From a virus: a stretch of 64,000 bases of DNA. Below, piece by piece: positions 36,510 through 45,413 of the stretch (positions are counted from its first letter, which is position 1; the number at the start of each line of letters is the position of its first letter). Below the pieces are notes generated by a model. The model did no database searches and was not told where the DNA came from. It saw nothing but the letters and a program-made list of their open reading frames with translations. The DNA is taken from IMG/VR virus record IMGVR_UViG_3300028025_003013, positions 1 to 64,000 of that record; one strand, 5' to 3'. The translations under genes were made by a program, and so were the position numbers.

Positions 36510-36586
36510 AAATGCCTAAATAATAGACAGTGGGTTGAAGGATCCCAATAAAACCTTCATTACACACAACACAAAAGGAGTATTTT

Positions 36587-36859
36587 ATGTCAAATATGAC
36601 ACCCTTCGAGATTCGCCTCGAACTTTTAAAAATGGCGAAAGACATGCTTTCCGAGGACTATCATGGAAAGCGTGAAGTAATTAGCAACGACTGGCATATG
36701 AAAGTCGAATCTGCTAAACTAAATGGTGGCGTGATTCCTGATCATCCAGGATTCCCAGTCTACCCTGCTGAAACCGATATCATTGCGAAAGCACAGATAC
36801 TCAATGGTTTCGTCAGCAATATCCCACTAGAAATTAAGACTAGCAAAAAGTCCACCTGA
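36587..36859 (+). CDS. T4-like hypothetical protein
   Basis: MTPFEIRLELLKMA; AAGGAG RBS. Confidence 0.75.
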   Translation: MSNMTPFEIRLELLKMAKDMLSEDYHGKREVISNDWHMKVESAKLNGGVIPDHPGFPVYPAETDIIAKAQILNGFVSNIPLEIKTSKKST

Positions 36860-36909
36860 TAGGGATCGAGGGTGTGCATCCGCACACCTTCCTTAAACTA
36901 AGAAAGGAG

Positions 36910-37584
36910 ATGACTTTGCCTAAAGCAAAATTCCAAATCATCGCAACATTTATAGTAGTCCTACTGACTGCTATAGCAGTAACAATAGATCAGAGATCAC
37001 TACTCCCGATCAAAGCAACATTCAAACAGCTAACACCTACAGCGCAAAAAGAAGTATTGTGTTTGGCTGATAACATCCTGTTCGAAGCAGGACATGAACC
37101 AAAAGATGGTCAAATGGCAGTTGCCGTTGTCACACTCAATCGCCTCAAGTCAGGCAACTTTGCAGATTCAATCTGTGGTGTGGTAAAACAAAAGACTGGC
37201 AACGTCTGTCAGTTCTCATGGTGGTGCGAAGACAAACCGAGAATGACTTCCATTACAAGAAACTTGACTAGTGCTCAACAGTCGGTGTATAATTCTATAT
37301 TAGACATGGCAGTGTACGCATACCTTAACTCTGAAATATTAAGAGACAATACAAAGGGTGCTACCTACTACCATGCTGATTACGTTAATCCTAACTGGAA
37401 ACGTCTAGAGAAAACAGTGCAAATTGGAAGACATATATTTTATAAGAATGGAGAAGTTGATGTCAAATATGATGAAAAAGCTAAACCTAGCACTGGAACA
37501 GGACGATTTAAGCCACTCGTATTTTCTACTAATGGAAGAGATTACAATGGCTACCTGCAAGCAAACTATCGAATGGATTTTTGA
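36910..37584 (+). CDS. SleB-like cell wall hydrolase (Hydrolase_2)
   Basis: CLADNILFEAGHEP, VAVVTLNR, CQFSWWC, GATYYHADYV, IGRHIFY. Confidence 0.9.
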   Translation: MTLPKAKFQIIATFIVVLLTAIAVTIDQRSLLPIKATFKQLTPTAQKEVLCLADNILFEAGHEPKDGQMAVAVVTLNRLKSGNFADSICGVVKQKTGNVCQFSWWCEDKPRMTSITRNLTSAQQSVYNSILDMAVYAYLNSEILRDNTKGATYYHADYVNPNWKRLEKTVQIGRHIFYKNGEVDVKYDEKAKPSTGTGRFKPLVFSTNGRDYNGYLQANYRMDF

Positions 37585-38026
37585 TTCGAACTTTGCTGAG
37601 GAACGACCAGAAGTTCTAAACTTGATTGTTTGTTCTCCTGGTGGTGATTTGAATGCTGCGTTTGCAGTAATTGATACAATGCGTGGTAGTAAGATTCCAG
37701 TCCATACGATCGGACTCGGACAGATTGCTTCCGCTGGATTGTTAATCTTTATTAGTGGTGTCAAAGGTAATCGTGTTCTTACACCGAACACTTCTATCTT
37801 GTCTCACCAATATACATGGGGTGCTTTTGGTAAAGAACATGAACTGTTTGCTACCGTAAAGGAGTTTGATCTTACAACCAAACGACTAATTGCACATTAC
37901 AAAAAATGTACTGGGATGAACGAAGCCCAGATCCGTGAAGTTCTTCTGCCACCGCATGATGTATGGCTTGATGCGCAGGAGTCTAAGAAACTTGGTCTTT
38001 GCGACTTAGTGAAAGATCTTAAATAG
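37460..38026 (+). CDS. clpP: ClpP-like serine protease
   Basis: SPGGD, IASAG (Ser), ILSHQ (His), HDVWL (Asp). Confidence 0.88.
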   Translation: MSNMMKKLNLALEQDDLSHSYFLLMEEITMATCKQTIEWIFDSNFAEERPEVLNLIVCSPGGDLNAAFAVIDTMRGSKIPVHTIGLGQIASAGLLIFISGVKGNRVLTPNTSILSHQYTWGAFGKEHELFATVKEFDLTTKRLIAHYKKCTGMNEAQIREVLLPPHDVWLDAQESKKLGLCDLVKDLK

Positions 38027-38035
38027 GAGAAAACT

Positions 38036-38281
38036 TTGAATCATGAAAAACTCACACTCATTATCTGCACAACGATTGTTGTACTCAGTGCTATCTTTGG
38101 TTGCACCTACTACTACACAAATCAATCTAAAATTATGGCAGACACGATTGCAGCTGCTTCAGCGAAAGGTGTTGACCCACTAGCAGTACGCTGTTCCTTT
38201 GCGTCAAACCAAGACACAATCTGCTTGGTCTATGCGTCAACCCTTCATTCTGGCTCGCCCAGCCCAGCCTATAAAAAGTAA
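38036..38281 (+). CDS. small membrane protein
   Basis: AGGAG RBS, TTG start, TM helix. Confidence 0.6.
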   Translation: MNHEKLTLIICTTIVVLSAIFGCTYYYTNQSKIMADTIAAASAKGVDPLAVRCSFASNQDTICLVYASTLHSGSPSPAYKK

Positions 38282-38303
38282 TACTTTTAGGTTACCACAG
38301 GAA

Positions 38304-38583
38304 ATAACCCTACCGAGTGTAGGGTTTTCCGCATTAGGGCTAGGATTCCCCTGAAAATAACCCCAAAAAGACCCTTTTAGGACTGCTTAGATCGCCCTAG
38401 GATCGCTTCAGAGGGTTTCGGGGGAAGGTTACCCACCCCTAAGTCCGAAAAGGGCTAAAAACACCCCAAAAAGCGTTGCGAAAAAGCAACGAAAATACCT
38501 TTCCAAACTTGCAGAAAACACTTGACGGAAATTCAGAATACAGGCATAATTACTTTATAGTGATTAGAAAAGGAAACGAAATG
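38304..38583 (+). repeat. early regulatory cassette copy with structured ~190-nt insert
   Basis: AACCCTACCGAGTGTAGGGTT hairpin; TTGACG at 38522; leader identical to the 9022-9062 copy. Confidence 0.8.
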
Positions 38584-38823
38584 ACTGAATTTGAAAAAAA
38601 CTGCTACGGTATGACCGAAGCCCAAATCCGTGAAGAATACATGAACGGCATTACTGCCAAGTTTTCTGGTCTGGAAATGGTTGCGATGAGTGTGTTGTCT
38701 GATGCGCAAGAATTGATGACCTTTGGTCATGACCAAGCAACCGATCAGGCTCGCAAAAACATCAACATCGCAAAGTTCATTCTGTCAGAAATGATGGAAG
38801 CCAAAATGTCTGCAACAGTTTAA
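38581..38823 (+). CDS. early hypothetical protein
   Basis: First ORF after cassette. Confidence 0.7.
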   Translation: MTEFEKNCYGMTEAQIREEYMNGITAKFSGLEMVAMSVLSDAQELMTFGHDQATDQARKNINIAKFILSEMMEAKMSATV

Positions 38824-38832
38824 GGGGAAATT

Positions 38833-39036
38833 ATGAGTCAGGTATTGTACAAATCAAAAGCCGAAATGCGTGTCGAGGGTGAGAAGGCTCTCAAGAAATT
38901 CTTGAAGTCTGGTGGTGTCGTTGAGATTGTCAAAGCCAAACGTGCACCCAAGCAAAAAATGCGTGCCAAGAACAGCAAGGGTTTTCTTGGTAGCACTGCT
39001 CCCTCTGGCGTAACCTCTTCTAACTTTTGGAGATAA
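38833..39036 (+). CDS. small basic protein
   Basis: FLKSGGVVE motif, RBS. Confidence 0.6.
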   Translation: MSQVLYKSKAEMRVEGEKALKKFLKSGGVVEIVKAKRAPKQKMRAKNSKGFLGSTAPSGVTSSNFWR

Positions 39037-39037
39037 T

Positions 39038-39406
39038 ATGAAGATCGTAATCACAACTCAGTTTCGCGAAAACTATGGTGCTCATGATTGGGATGGCACA
39101 GGTGAGTGCCCTCAGTACTGGAAGTTTAAGGGTGGTTCTGAGTACATCATCGACAACATCCAAGAGCATGTCAAGATGAATGACTTCTTTGGCAAGAAGT
39201 GCGAGATGATCGTTGACGGAATCCGTGCCAAGATTGAGCACAAGAGTGACTACGCAGAAGAGTACATTCTTGGCTGGACGATCGAAGAGGACAGCTACAT
39301 GTCTGAGTTCGAAAGATCGCAGTTGGAGTATGATGGTGTTATCACATACAAAGAGCCACGTTTAGATATCGATGGCAACCTTGTGAAAATCTTGCAAGCT
39401 GCTTGA
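39038..39406 (+). CDS. hypothetical phage protein
   Basis: TQFRENYGAHDWDGTGECPQYWKFKGG. Confidence 0.75.
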   Translation: MKIVITTQFRENYGAHDWDGTGECPQYWKFKGGSEYIIDNIQEHVKMNDFFGKKCEMIVDGIRAKIEHKSDYAEEYILGWTIEEDSYMSEFERSQLEYDGVITYKEPRLDIDGNLVKILQAA

Positions 39407-39437
39407 CTTTAAATCATTAATAGGGTATAATTACATT

Positions 39438-39590
39438 ATGGAAATTACAATCAGAAAAGTCGCCAATGGTTACATTGTGCGCACAGAGGGTGAAGACCCT
39501 GTCGAGGGTTTCGTGACGAAGGAATTTATCTTCACGAGAAAATCGCAGGTCATTAAATTCTTTAGAGAAACTTTCTCAGCGGGAGAGTAA
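39438..39590 (+). CDS. small leaderless protein (missed by ORF track)
   Basis: MEITIRKVANGYIV; ATG 6 nt after TATAAT 39426-31. Confidence 0.65.
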   Translation: MEITIRKVANGYIVRTEGEDPVEGFVTKEFIFTRKSQVIKFFRETFSAGE

Positions 39591-39592
39591 AC

Positions 39593-39928
39593 ATGGGTAT
39601 GATATTTGTTCGTGACAAATCTTCCAAGAAGCGTAAGCCCACAAAGGCTCAACGTGAATTGAAAGAGCAGTGGGAAGCCATGCTGAAGAAGTACGAAACA
39701 AAACCTGTATCGGGTAGAGCAGTTGCATTGCCAAAACCCAAGGCATACGTGCGGGAAACTGCATATCATCCTAGTTTGAATAGTGGTCATCATGACACCA
39801 GTGCCAAACCTGCAAAGGTTTACACAGGAACTAAGATGCTTGGTATTGGTACAATGCACAAGTCAAACTCGGTGCCAATCTTCAGTAATGAGGAAGCAGT
39901 AGAAATCGCAACGATGCGGAGGGGTTAA
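39593..39928 (+). CDS. T4-like hypothetical protein
   Basis: YTGTKMLGIGTMHKSNSVPI. Confidence 0.75.
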   Translation: MGMIFVRDKSSKKRKPTKAQRELKEQWEAMLKKYETKPVSGRAVALPKPKAYVRETAYHPSLNSGHHDTSAKPAKVYTGTKMLGIGTMHKSNSVPIFSNEEAVEIATMRRG

Positions 39929-40052
39929 TGTTCTTTAACCTTATGGCTGCAGCACTTTTAGTTCTTGCTGTGTTGTTGTTGATTCTTGGTAATGTTAGCT
40001 GGGGTTTGTGTTGCCTAGCTGGATTCTTTTTGATTAAAATTTGGAGTTGATT

Positions 40053-40334
40053 ATGGAACTTTCTATTACAGAAATGCGTGACAAAGTATCACTGTGCGTT
40101 GTTGATCAAGACATGGACGCACTGGCAAAGATACATAACTTTCTTTTGACCCAGTCCAAGATCATGGACAAGTGGTTCGACAAGTATCTCGACATGTTCG
40201 AGAAGAAAATGAAACCTGATGAACCGAATACCAACATTTGGAAAATGTATCACAACAAGTCCAATGAGTATTCAGAACTTCAATCACTAATTAGGACTAC
40301 AGATGCTTACCTCAGAAAATACAAATCAGTTTAG
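40053..40334 (+). CDS. hypothetical protein
   Basis: GGAG RBS. Confidence 0.6.
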   Translation: MELSITEMRDKVSLCVVDQDMDALAKIHNFLLTQSKIMDKWFDKYLDMFEKKMKPDEPNTNIWKMYHNKSNEYSELQSLIRTTDAYLRKYKSV

Positions 40335-40542
40335 TACTGCCTCATCGTTCTCTCTGTTCATTGAGAAACGAGCCAGAGAAAAACGCATGCCGTATATGGA
40401 TGCTGTGCTTGAGTATTGCGCAGAGAACTTTATTGATCCGCAGGACATCGCTTCACTGATTAACAAATCCCTCAAGGATAAGATTCAGTTGGAGATGATT
40501 AACGCAAACATGCTACCTAAACAGGCACAGCTGGATGTTTAA
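40303..40542 (+). CDS. 33: late promoter co-activator gp33
   Basis: FSLFIEK...YMDAVLEYC...INKSLKDKI; synteny with 59 and 32. Confidence 0.85.
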   Translation: MLTSENTNQFSTASSFSLFIEKRAREKRMPYMDAVLEYCAENFIDPQDIASLINKSLKDKIQLEMINANMLPKQAQLDV

Positions 40543-40726
40543 ATACACTTGGTTAGCCGTACCAGTTTTAATCTTTTTTATTATGATGGGTGCGATTGTT
40601 TTTATGGGAGAGCAGGCAGACAAGAACACCATCAGGTATGATTGTCGTCAGTTGATTGGTGGTTGGCATCCCGATGTTCCACCTGAGGTAATTGAAGAAT
40701 GTAGGAAACGAAGTGGACGGATTTAA
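40535..40726 (+). CDS. small membrane protein
   Basis: TM helix followed by YDCRQL...EECRK. Confidence 0.6.
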   Translation: MFKYTWLAVPVLIFFIMMGAIVFMGEQADKNTIRYDCRQLIGGWHPDVPPEVIEECRKRSGRI

Positions 40727-41318
40727 TGTATACAAATACTACATGGCTGTTAAGTTGCACTTTACCACTGATGGCTATGACGTATTTGAAACTAATGGAC
40801 ATGTGAAAGGATCACGAGATGTATTTTCTAGCCGTAATGATAGGTTCATTTTTGAGAAACTTGGAAGAAAGTTTGATAAACCTTTTGATGTCATACAGTA
40901 TTTTGTTGCGAACTTTGCTTATGGTAACGATGCCGTGGTATACTGCGATGCTGAGTCAGATGCTAATCTCGTAACATGGCAACGAAGAAAACAATCCCTA
41001 ACACAAACATTTAAAAACGACATTGACGCATTATTGCTACATGTTGAAAAGAACAAACACACACATGACAGAGTCTTCAAATTCGTACAGGGTGACCACC
41101 CAGAACTACTCAAGTTGTTTCTTGGAAGTCACATCAGTATTGAAACTATGGTTATCCTCGATTCATTCGAGAACTATCTTTCTGATTGGAAGTCAAATAC
41201 AAACTTGCTTTGGGAAGAAGAATATCGTAGAATCATTAAGTGTAAGAGATTCATTAAGTTTGACTCTTCCAAGCTAATGACAACCTATCAGGAACTAAGT
41301 GAGGGATTTACATTCTGA
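40692..41318 (+). CDS. 59: helicase loader gp59
   Basis: YKYYMAVKLHFT..YD, RNDRFIFEKL, ISIETMVILD. Confidence 0.88.
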   Translation: MKNVGNEVDGFNVYKYYMAVKLHFTTDGYDVFETNGHVKGSRDVFSSRNDRFIFEKLGRKFDKPFDVIQYFVANFAYGNDAVVYCDAESDANLVTWQRRKQSLTQTFKNDIDALLLHVEKNKHTHDRVFKFVQGDHPELLKLFLGSHISIETMVILDSFENYLSDWKSNTNLLWEEEYRRIIKCKRFIKFDSSKLMTTYQELSEGFTF

Positions 41319-41322
41319 TATC

Positions 41323-41523
41323 ATGGGCAATAGTAAACGTAATTTCAGTCATGAGTACGATGACGAAGAGCGCAATAACAAGCGCAAGAAGCACCCGAAA
41401 CATTCACCAAATGTCAAGGGACAAGGTATGAGAACGCTAAATAGTTATGTTGAGGAAGAAGACTTCGATCTAGAAGACGACGACCAAGACGAAACAAAGA
41501 TACGTTTTTATACAACACATTAA
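41323..41523 (+). CDS. small charged protein
   Basis: ORF between 59 and 32. Confidence 0.5.
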   Translation: MGNSKRNFSHEYDDEERNNKRKKHPKHSPNVKGQGMRTLNSYVEEEDFDLEDDDQDETKIRFYTTH

Positions 41524-41550
41524 TATACTTTTTATACAAGGAAACATACG

Positions 41551-42468
41551 ATGGACATTCAAGCACTCCGCAACATGCGTAAAACAGACTTCAGCAAAAT
41601 CTCTGCTGAGTTTGACAAGATTGCCAACCCAGAGGCTGGTGGCAAAAAATCTTATCAAGACGATCGCTTCTGGAAACTAGAAGCCGACAAAGCAGGCAAC
41701 GCAACTGCTGTAATCCGATTCCTACCACGTGTTGAAGGCGATGAACTCCCATGGGTTCGTATCTTCAATCATGCTTTCCAGGGTCCAACTGGCAAGTGGT
41801 ATATCGAAAACTCTCTCACCACACTCAACGAAAAAGATCCTGTTGGAGAACTCAACTCCAAACTGTGGAACTCTGGCTCTGAGGAAAACAAGAAAGTCGC
41901 ACAAAAGCAAAAGCGTAAGTTATCTTACATTGCCAACGTGTTGATCATCTCTGATCCTAAGCATCCTGAGAACGAAGGACAGGTTCGTTTGTATAAGTTT
42001 GGTAAAAAGATCTTTGACAAGATCATGGAAAAGGCTAATCCTACCTTTGAGGATGAAAAGCCAGTTATCGTATTTGATCTTTGGGAAGGTGCAGACTTTA
42101 AACTGCGTCAACGTAAAGTCGATGGTTACGCTAACTATGACCAGTCTACCTTTATGGAACCATCCGCATTGTTCGGTGGCGATGAAGACAAACTGTTGAA
42201 GGTTGTTAACTCACAGGTTAAACTGGTTGAGTTTACTGATCGTAAGAACTTCAAGACCTTTGAAGAACTCGCTCGCAAGTTGAACGATGTTCTTGATGGT
42301 GGTTCTACTCCTGTTGCTTCTGCTGCTAATATGGCTGAAGATGAGAACTACACACCACCAGTGCGTACACCTGCGCCAGCTGCAAAGCCAGTAAGTGTAG
42401 CAAAGGTTAGTGCTGGAGATGATGAAGACGTAATGTCTTATTTCCAGAAGATTGCTGACGAAGCATAA
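41551..42468 (+). CDS. 32: ssDNA-binding protein gp32
   Basis: DDRFWK, AVIRFLP, WYIENSLTT, YKFGKKIFDKI, acidic tail. Confidence 0.95.
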   Translation: MDIQALRNMRKTDFSKISAEFDKIANPEAGGKKSYQDDRFWKLEADKAGNATAVIRFLPRVEGDELPWVRIFNHAFQGPTGKWYIENSLTTLNEKDPVGELNSKLWNSGSEENKKVAQKQKRKLSYIANVLIISDPKHPENEGQVRLYKFGKKIFDKIMEKANPTFEDEKPVIVFDLWEGADFKLRQRKVDGYANYDQSTFMEPSALFGGDEDKLLKVVNSQVKLVEFTDRKNFKTFEELARKLNDVLDGGSTPVASAANMAEDENYTPPVRTPAPAAKPVSVAKVSAGDDEDVMSYFQKIADEA

Positions 42469-42485
42469 TCGCTTCTAGCATTGAG

Positions 42486-42510
42486 AAAGCCACCTTCGGG
42501 TGGCTTTTTT
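42486..42510. terminator. intrinsic (probably bidirectional) terminator
   Basis: AAAGCCACC-TTCG-GGTGGCTTTTTT between convergent genes. Confidence 0.9.
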
Positions 42511-42511
42511 G

Positions 42512-44518
42512 TTATGTACCGTATCGTTTCTGCATTTGATTCTGAACACCTTGATTTGGATTACGCACTGGTGGCTTAATCGCATAGGTGCTAGAACTAT
42601 TGTTGTTAACGCTACTCATTGGAGCAATAACTGTGCTTGACGAAGAAGCTGGAGCATTCTTTGCCATCTCGCTTTCAGCAGACTGTGCAGCAACCTGATT
42701 GCCTGTCTGTGGTTGCGATGGTGTGAGTTTTGCTGATGTGCCTTCAGCGATCTGTTTTAATTTATCTGCACCACCGAATGCTTCGATGTCTCGCTTGCTG
42801 CCATTATCAAGAATGTTCTTAGCTTCTTCTGCAGTTATCTTAGCCTTAGACATATCCGGATTAGCAACTGCCTTTGGTGCATCAGAACTTGGTTTAGCTG
42901 CAGCGCCAGCTTCTCCACCACCTGCTGGCGCAGGAGCAGAACTTTCTTTCTTGAATGGGTAGAATGGTCCGATTGAAACTTTCTTACCAATAACTGGAAT
43001 TGTGAATCCAACTTCTGGTATACCGAATCCTTCTAAGAAACCAAACACCTGATCTTTAATGTTCTTAAAGAAGTCTACAAGTGGTGTAAAGAATGTCTTT
43101 ATCGGTTCAACAATATACTCATTAAGCATATCGCCAACAGCTGACACCGCACTCATGATCGGTTCAGCAATATACTTGTCGAATGCTTTACCCAAGAATC
43201 CAAAGAAATCTTTCAATGGTTGAATAATGTAGTCGTCAATAAAGCCACTGAACCAGTCTACGATAGAACGAATTGTCTTGGCATCAATTAGACCGAATGT
43301 CAAGAATGAAAGAATGCCACCAAAACCAGCGATCAATGCTTCAGCAATTGATCCAGTTTCCATGAATGCTTTAAAGCCATCGATGATACCATTGACCAGA
43401 GAGCCAATAATCATTGCAGGCAATAAGAACTTTGTGAATGCTTTGAGCAGGTTCTTGGGATTAAACAGGAACTTGGCTGCATTAAGAATACTACTTCCAA
43501 GCATGCTCATGATGCCGTCTAAGAATCCGCCACCACTTTCTGCTTTTGGTTTCTGAGCATCGTTTGGTTTTGCGCCACCACCAGTATTCTCTGCGATTGT
43601 TTTAAGCAAGTCAGTTTGCTCTTGTTCCTTCTTCTGGCTTTCCATATCAGCTTCTGACATGTCAGCTGGTCCGAGACTCGAGGATTGTGTTTCTGGGAAT
43701 TTAATTATCTTAGCCGTTGTGCTTTCTGGGGCAGCTTCTTCTTTGGCTTTTTTAACTCTTGTAAAGGTTCTTACACGACCTTCATCCGATGGGTCAAGTG
43801 AACCTTTTGTAGATGTAGTACGTACATCTGCTTCCTTGACCATTTTGTTTCTGGCTTCTTTACCCATCTCATGGTAACGTCCAGTGTCGGCATTAAACTT
43901 AACTCTGCCTTCATTTACCTTACGAATTACCGACTGCTCTTCCAGCGACTTCTGTAGCTTCTCAACAACAATAGGTGAATTGTCTGCAATGATTTCAAGC
44001 AATTCAATTTGCTCTCTCATCAAATCAGCATTCTCATTCTTTGCTGGCTGTGCGTCATTTGGTTTGACATCAACAGGTTGGGCAACAGGTTCTTCCTGTG
44101 GTTTAAACTTATTCTCTCTGTTCTCGAGATACTTGTCAGCTACACGACCTGGACCAGTTTCATTATGACCACGTTTAAGAATACTTGTCTTGTCCAAGAA
44201 TCCACGCACAGTGAACAGATCTTTCATCCACTCTTTGCCAGCACCAACCAATCCTGGTGGTCCGCTTTTTGTCTGCGCCATACCCTTGGCTGGGGCTACA
44301 TTAACCTGTATGGTGTTTAATGTTTTAGATAATTCACCTTTGTCACCGAGACTATCAACCATAGTCTTATTCAGTTGTTCTAACTGAGCAAGTTGCTTCT
44401 TGGCGAAGTCTACGTAAAGTACATTGTTTTCTTTGGTTAGTGTTTCCAGTTTAGACGTTGATGTTCCTCCCAGACCTTCTGAGGTTTGCATCTTTTGTTT
44501 GTCTAATACTTGTTTCAT
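42512..44518 (-). CDS. tape-measure/baseplate hub protein (gp29-like)
   Basis: Long helical ORF with amphipathic F/I/G repeats, downstream of 26/51; start overlaps gp51 stop (ATGA). Confidence 0.65.
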   Translation of the reverse strand: MKQVLDKQKMQTSEGLGGTSTSKLETLTKENNVLYVDFAKKQLAQLEQLNKTMVDSLGDKGELSKTLNTIQVNVAPAKGMAQTKSGPPGLVGAGKEWMKDLFTVRGFLDKTSILKRGHNETGPGRVADKYLENRENKFKPQEEPVAQPVDVKPNDAQPAKNENADLMREQIELLEIIADNSPIVVEKLQKSLEEQSVIRKVNEGRVKFNADTGRYHEMGKEARNKMVKEADVRTTSTKGSLDPSDEGRVRTFTRVKKAKEEAAPESTTAKIIKFPETQSSSLGPADMSEADMESQKKEQEQTDLLKTIAENTGGGAKPNDAQKPKAESGGGFLDGIMSMLGSSILNAAKFLFNPKNLLKAFTKFLLPAMIIGSLVNGIIDGFKAFMETGSIAEALIAGFGGILSFLTFGLIDAKTIRSIVDWFSGFIDDYIIQPLKDFFGFLGKAFDKYIAEPIMSAVSAVGDMLNEYIVEPIKTFFTPLVDFFKNIKDQVFGFLEGFGIPEVGFTIPVIGKKVSIGPFYPFKKESSAPAPAGGGEAGAAAKPSSDAPKAVANPDMSKAKITAEEAKNILDNGSKRDIEAFGGADKLKQIAEGTSAKLTPSQPQTGNQVAAQSAESEMAKNAPASSSSTVIAPMSSVNNNSSSTYAIKPPVRNPNQGVQNQMQKRYGT

Positions 44519-44694
44519 TTGCTTTGCATCCTTTGTTTTTCTTCTTCTAACCATTGAATCAACATAGTCACATATATCTCTCGTTCAAACGGGAACATTT
44601 CCTCTAACTCTTCCAAACTATACTTATGGTATTGCATAAGAGCAAAGTTTGTTTTGTAGTAGTTATAGAGAGACTCATGACAAAGGTTTATTAA
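44515..44694 (-). CDS. 51: baseplate hub assembly protein gp51 frame (no start codon before the conserved N-terminus; probably a frameshift product)
   Basis: LINLCHESLYNYYKTNFALMQYHKYSLEELEEMFPFEREIYVTMLIQWLEEE; first ATG at 44637. Confidence 0.8.
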   Translation of the reverse strand, partial: LINLCHESLYNYYKTNFALMQYHKYSLEELEEMFPFEREIYVTMLIQWLEEEKQRMQSK

Positions 44695-45410
44695 AAAAAA
44701 CTGTTAAGACCCTCGATCACCTTTTCATGGTGATGCTTACATACAGGGCAGTCGTACTGCACTTCCTTTGACAGCTTTGGCATTGTTTCGAAGAACTGTT
44801 GAATCTTCTTAAATTGATCTTGGGTTAAATTCTCCAAGAACTCTTGTAACTCTGTTTCGGTTTGATCTTTGGCATAGTGCAACTCGTCACCATCATAGAT
44901 CAAATCGATAGAACTGGTAATAACTTTAAAGACTGAATCGGCATCAGCCTGATCCATACCTTCTAGATCTTTGATCATACTCAGGGATGGGTATCTCATC
45001 ACAACACCTACATCATCGAACAACCCAATCTTCTTGGTGTGTCCTTCTGGAAAATTAACCTGCAACTTAGATAGATCAAAGGTCAACTTAACTCTTGCCT
45101 TTGTATCTTCGTCTGGGCATACGTCACAGGCAACTACGATCTCTACGATCTCGCCAACAGACTTAGATCTAAGCTGGGCAAAGATATACTCAATATCGAA
45201 CAGCGCCAGCTTTTCTACATCTAGTTCTGTTCTTACGCAGGACTTGATAATCTGCTTAAGCGTATCTAGCATTGCAACTGGATCTTCGCTTTGCTGGGCA
45301 ATGAGAAGTGCCTTTTCTTCTTTAACTAAAAAGGCACGAAACTTAATCTCTTGTTTCGTCGAAGGTACTGTTGCGGTATATACTGCTGCATTCTGAATAG
45401 GTAATGCCAT
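44691..45410 (-). CDS. 26: baseplate hub subunit gp26
   Basis: MALP...FRAFLVKEEKALL, LRSKSVGE, FFETMPKL, EGLNSFF. Confidence 0.9.
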   Translation of the reverse strand: MALPIQNAAVYTATVPSTKQEIKFRAFLVKEEKALLIAQQSEDPVAMLDTLKQIIKSCVRTELDVEKLALFDIEYIFAQLRSKSVGEIVEIVVACDVCPDEDTKARVKLTFDLSKLQVNFPEGHTKKIGLFDDVGVVMRYPSLSMIKDLEGMDQADADSVFKVITSSIDLIYDGDELHYAKDQTETELQEFLENLTQDQFKKIQQFFETMPKLSKEVQYDCPVCKHHHEKVIEGLNSFF

Positions 45411-45413
45411 ATG

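Noticed and set aside
42699-44387. Plus-strand ORFs opposite the tape-measure-like gene, and similar antisense ORFs throughout the window
   Set aside because: Shadow frames of well-supported genes
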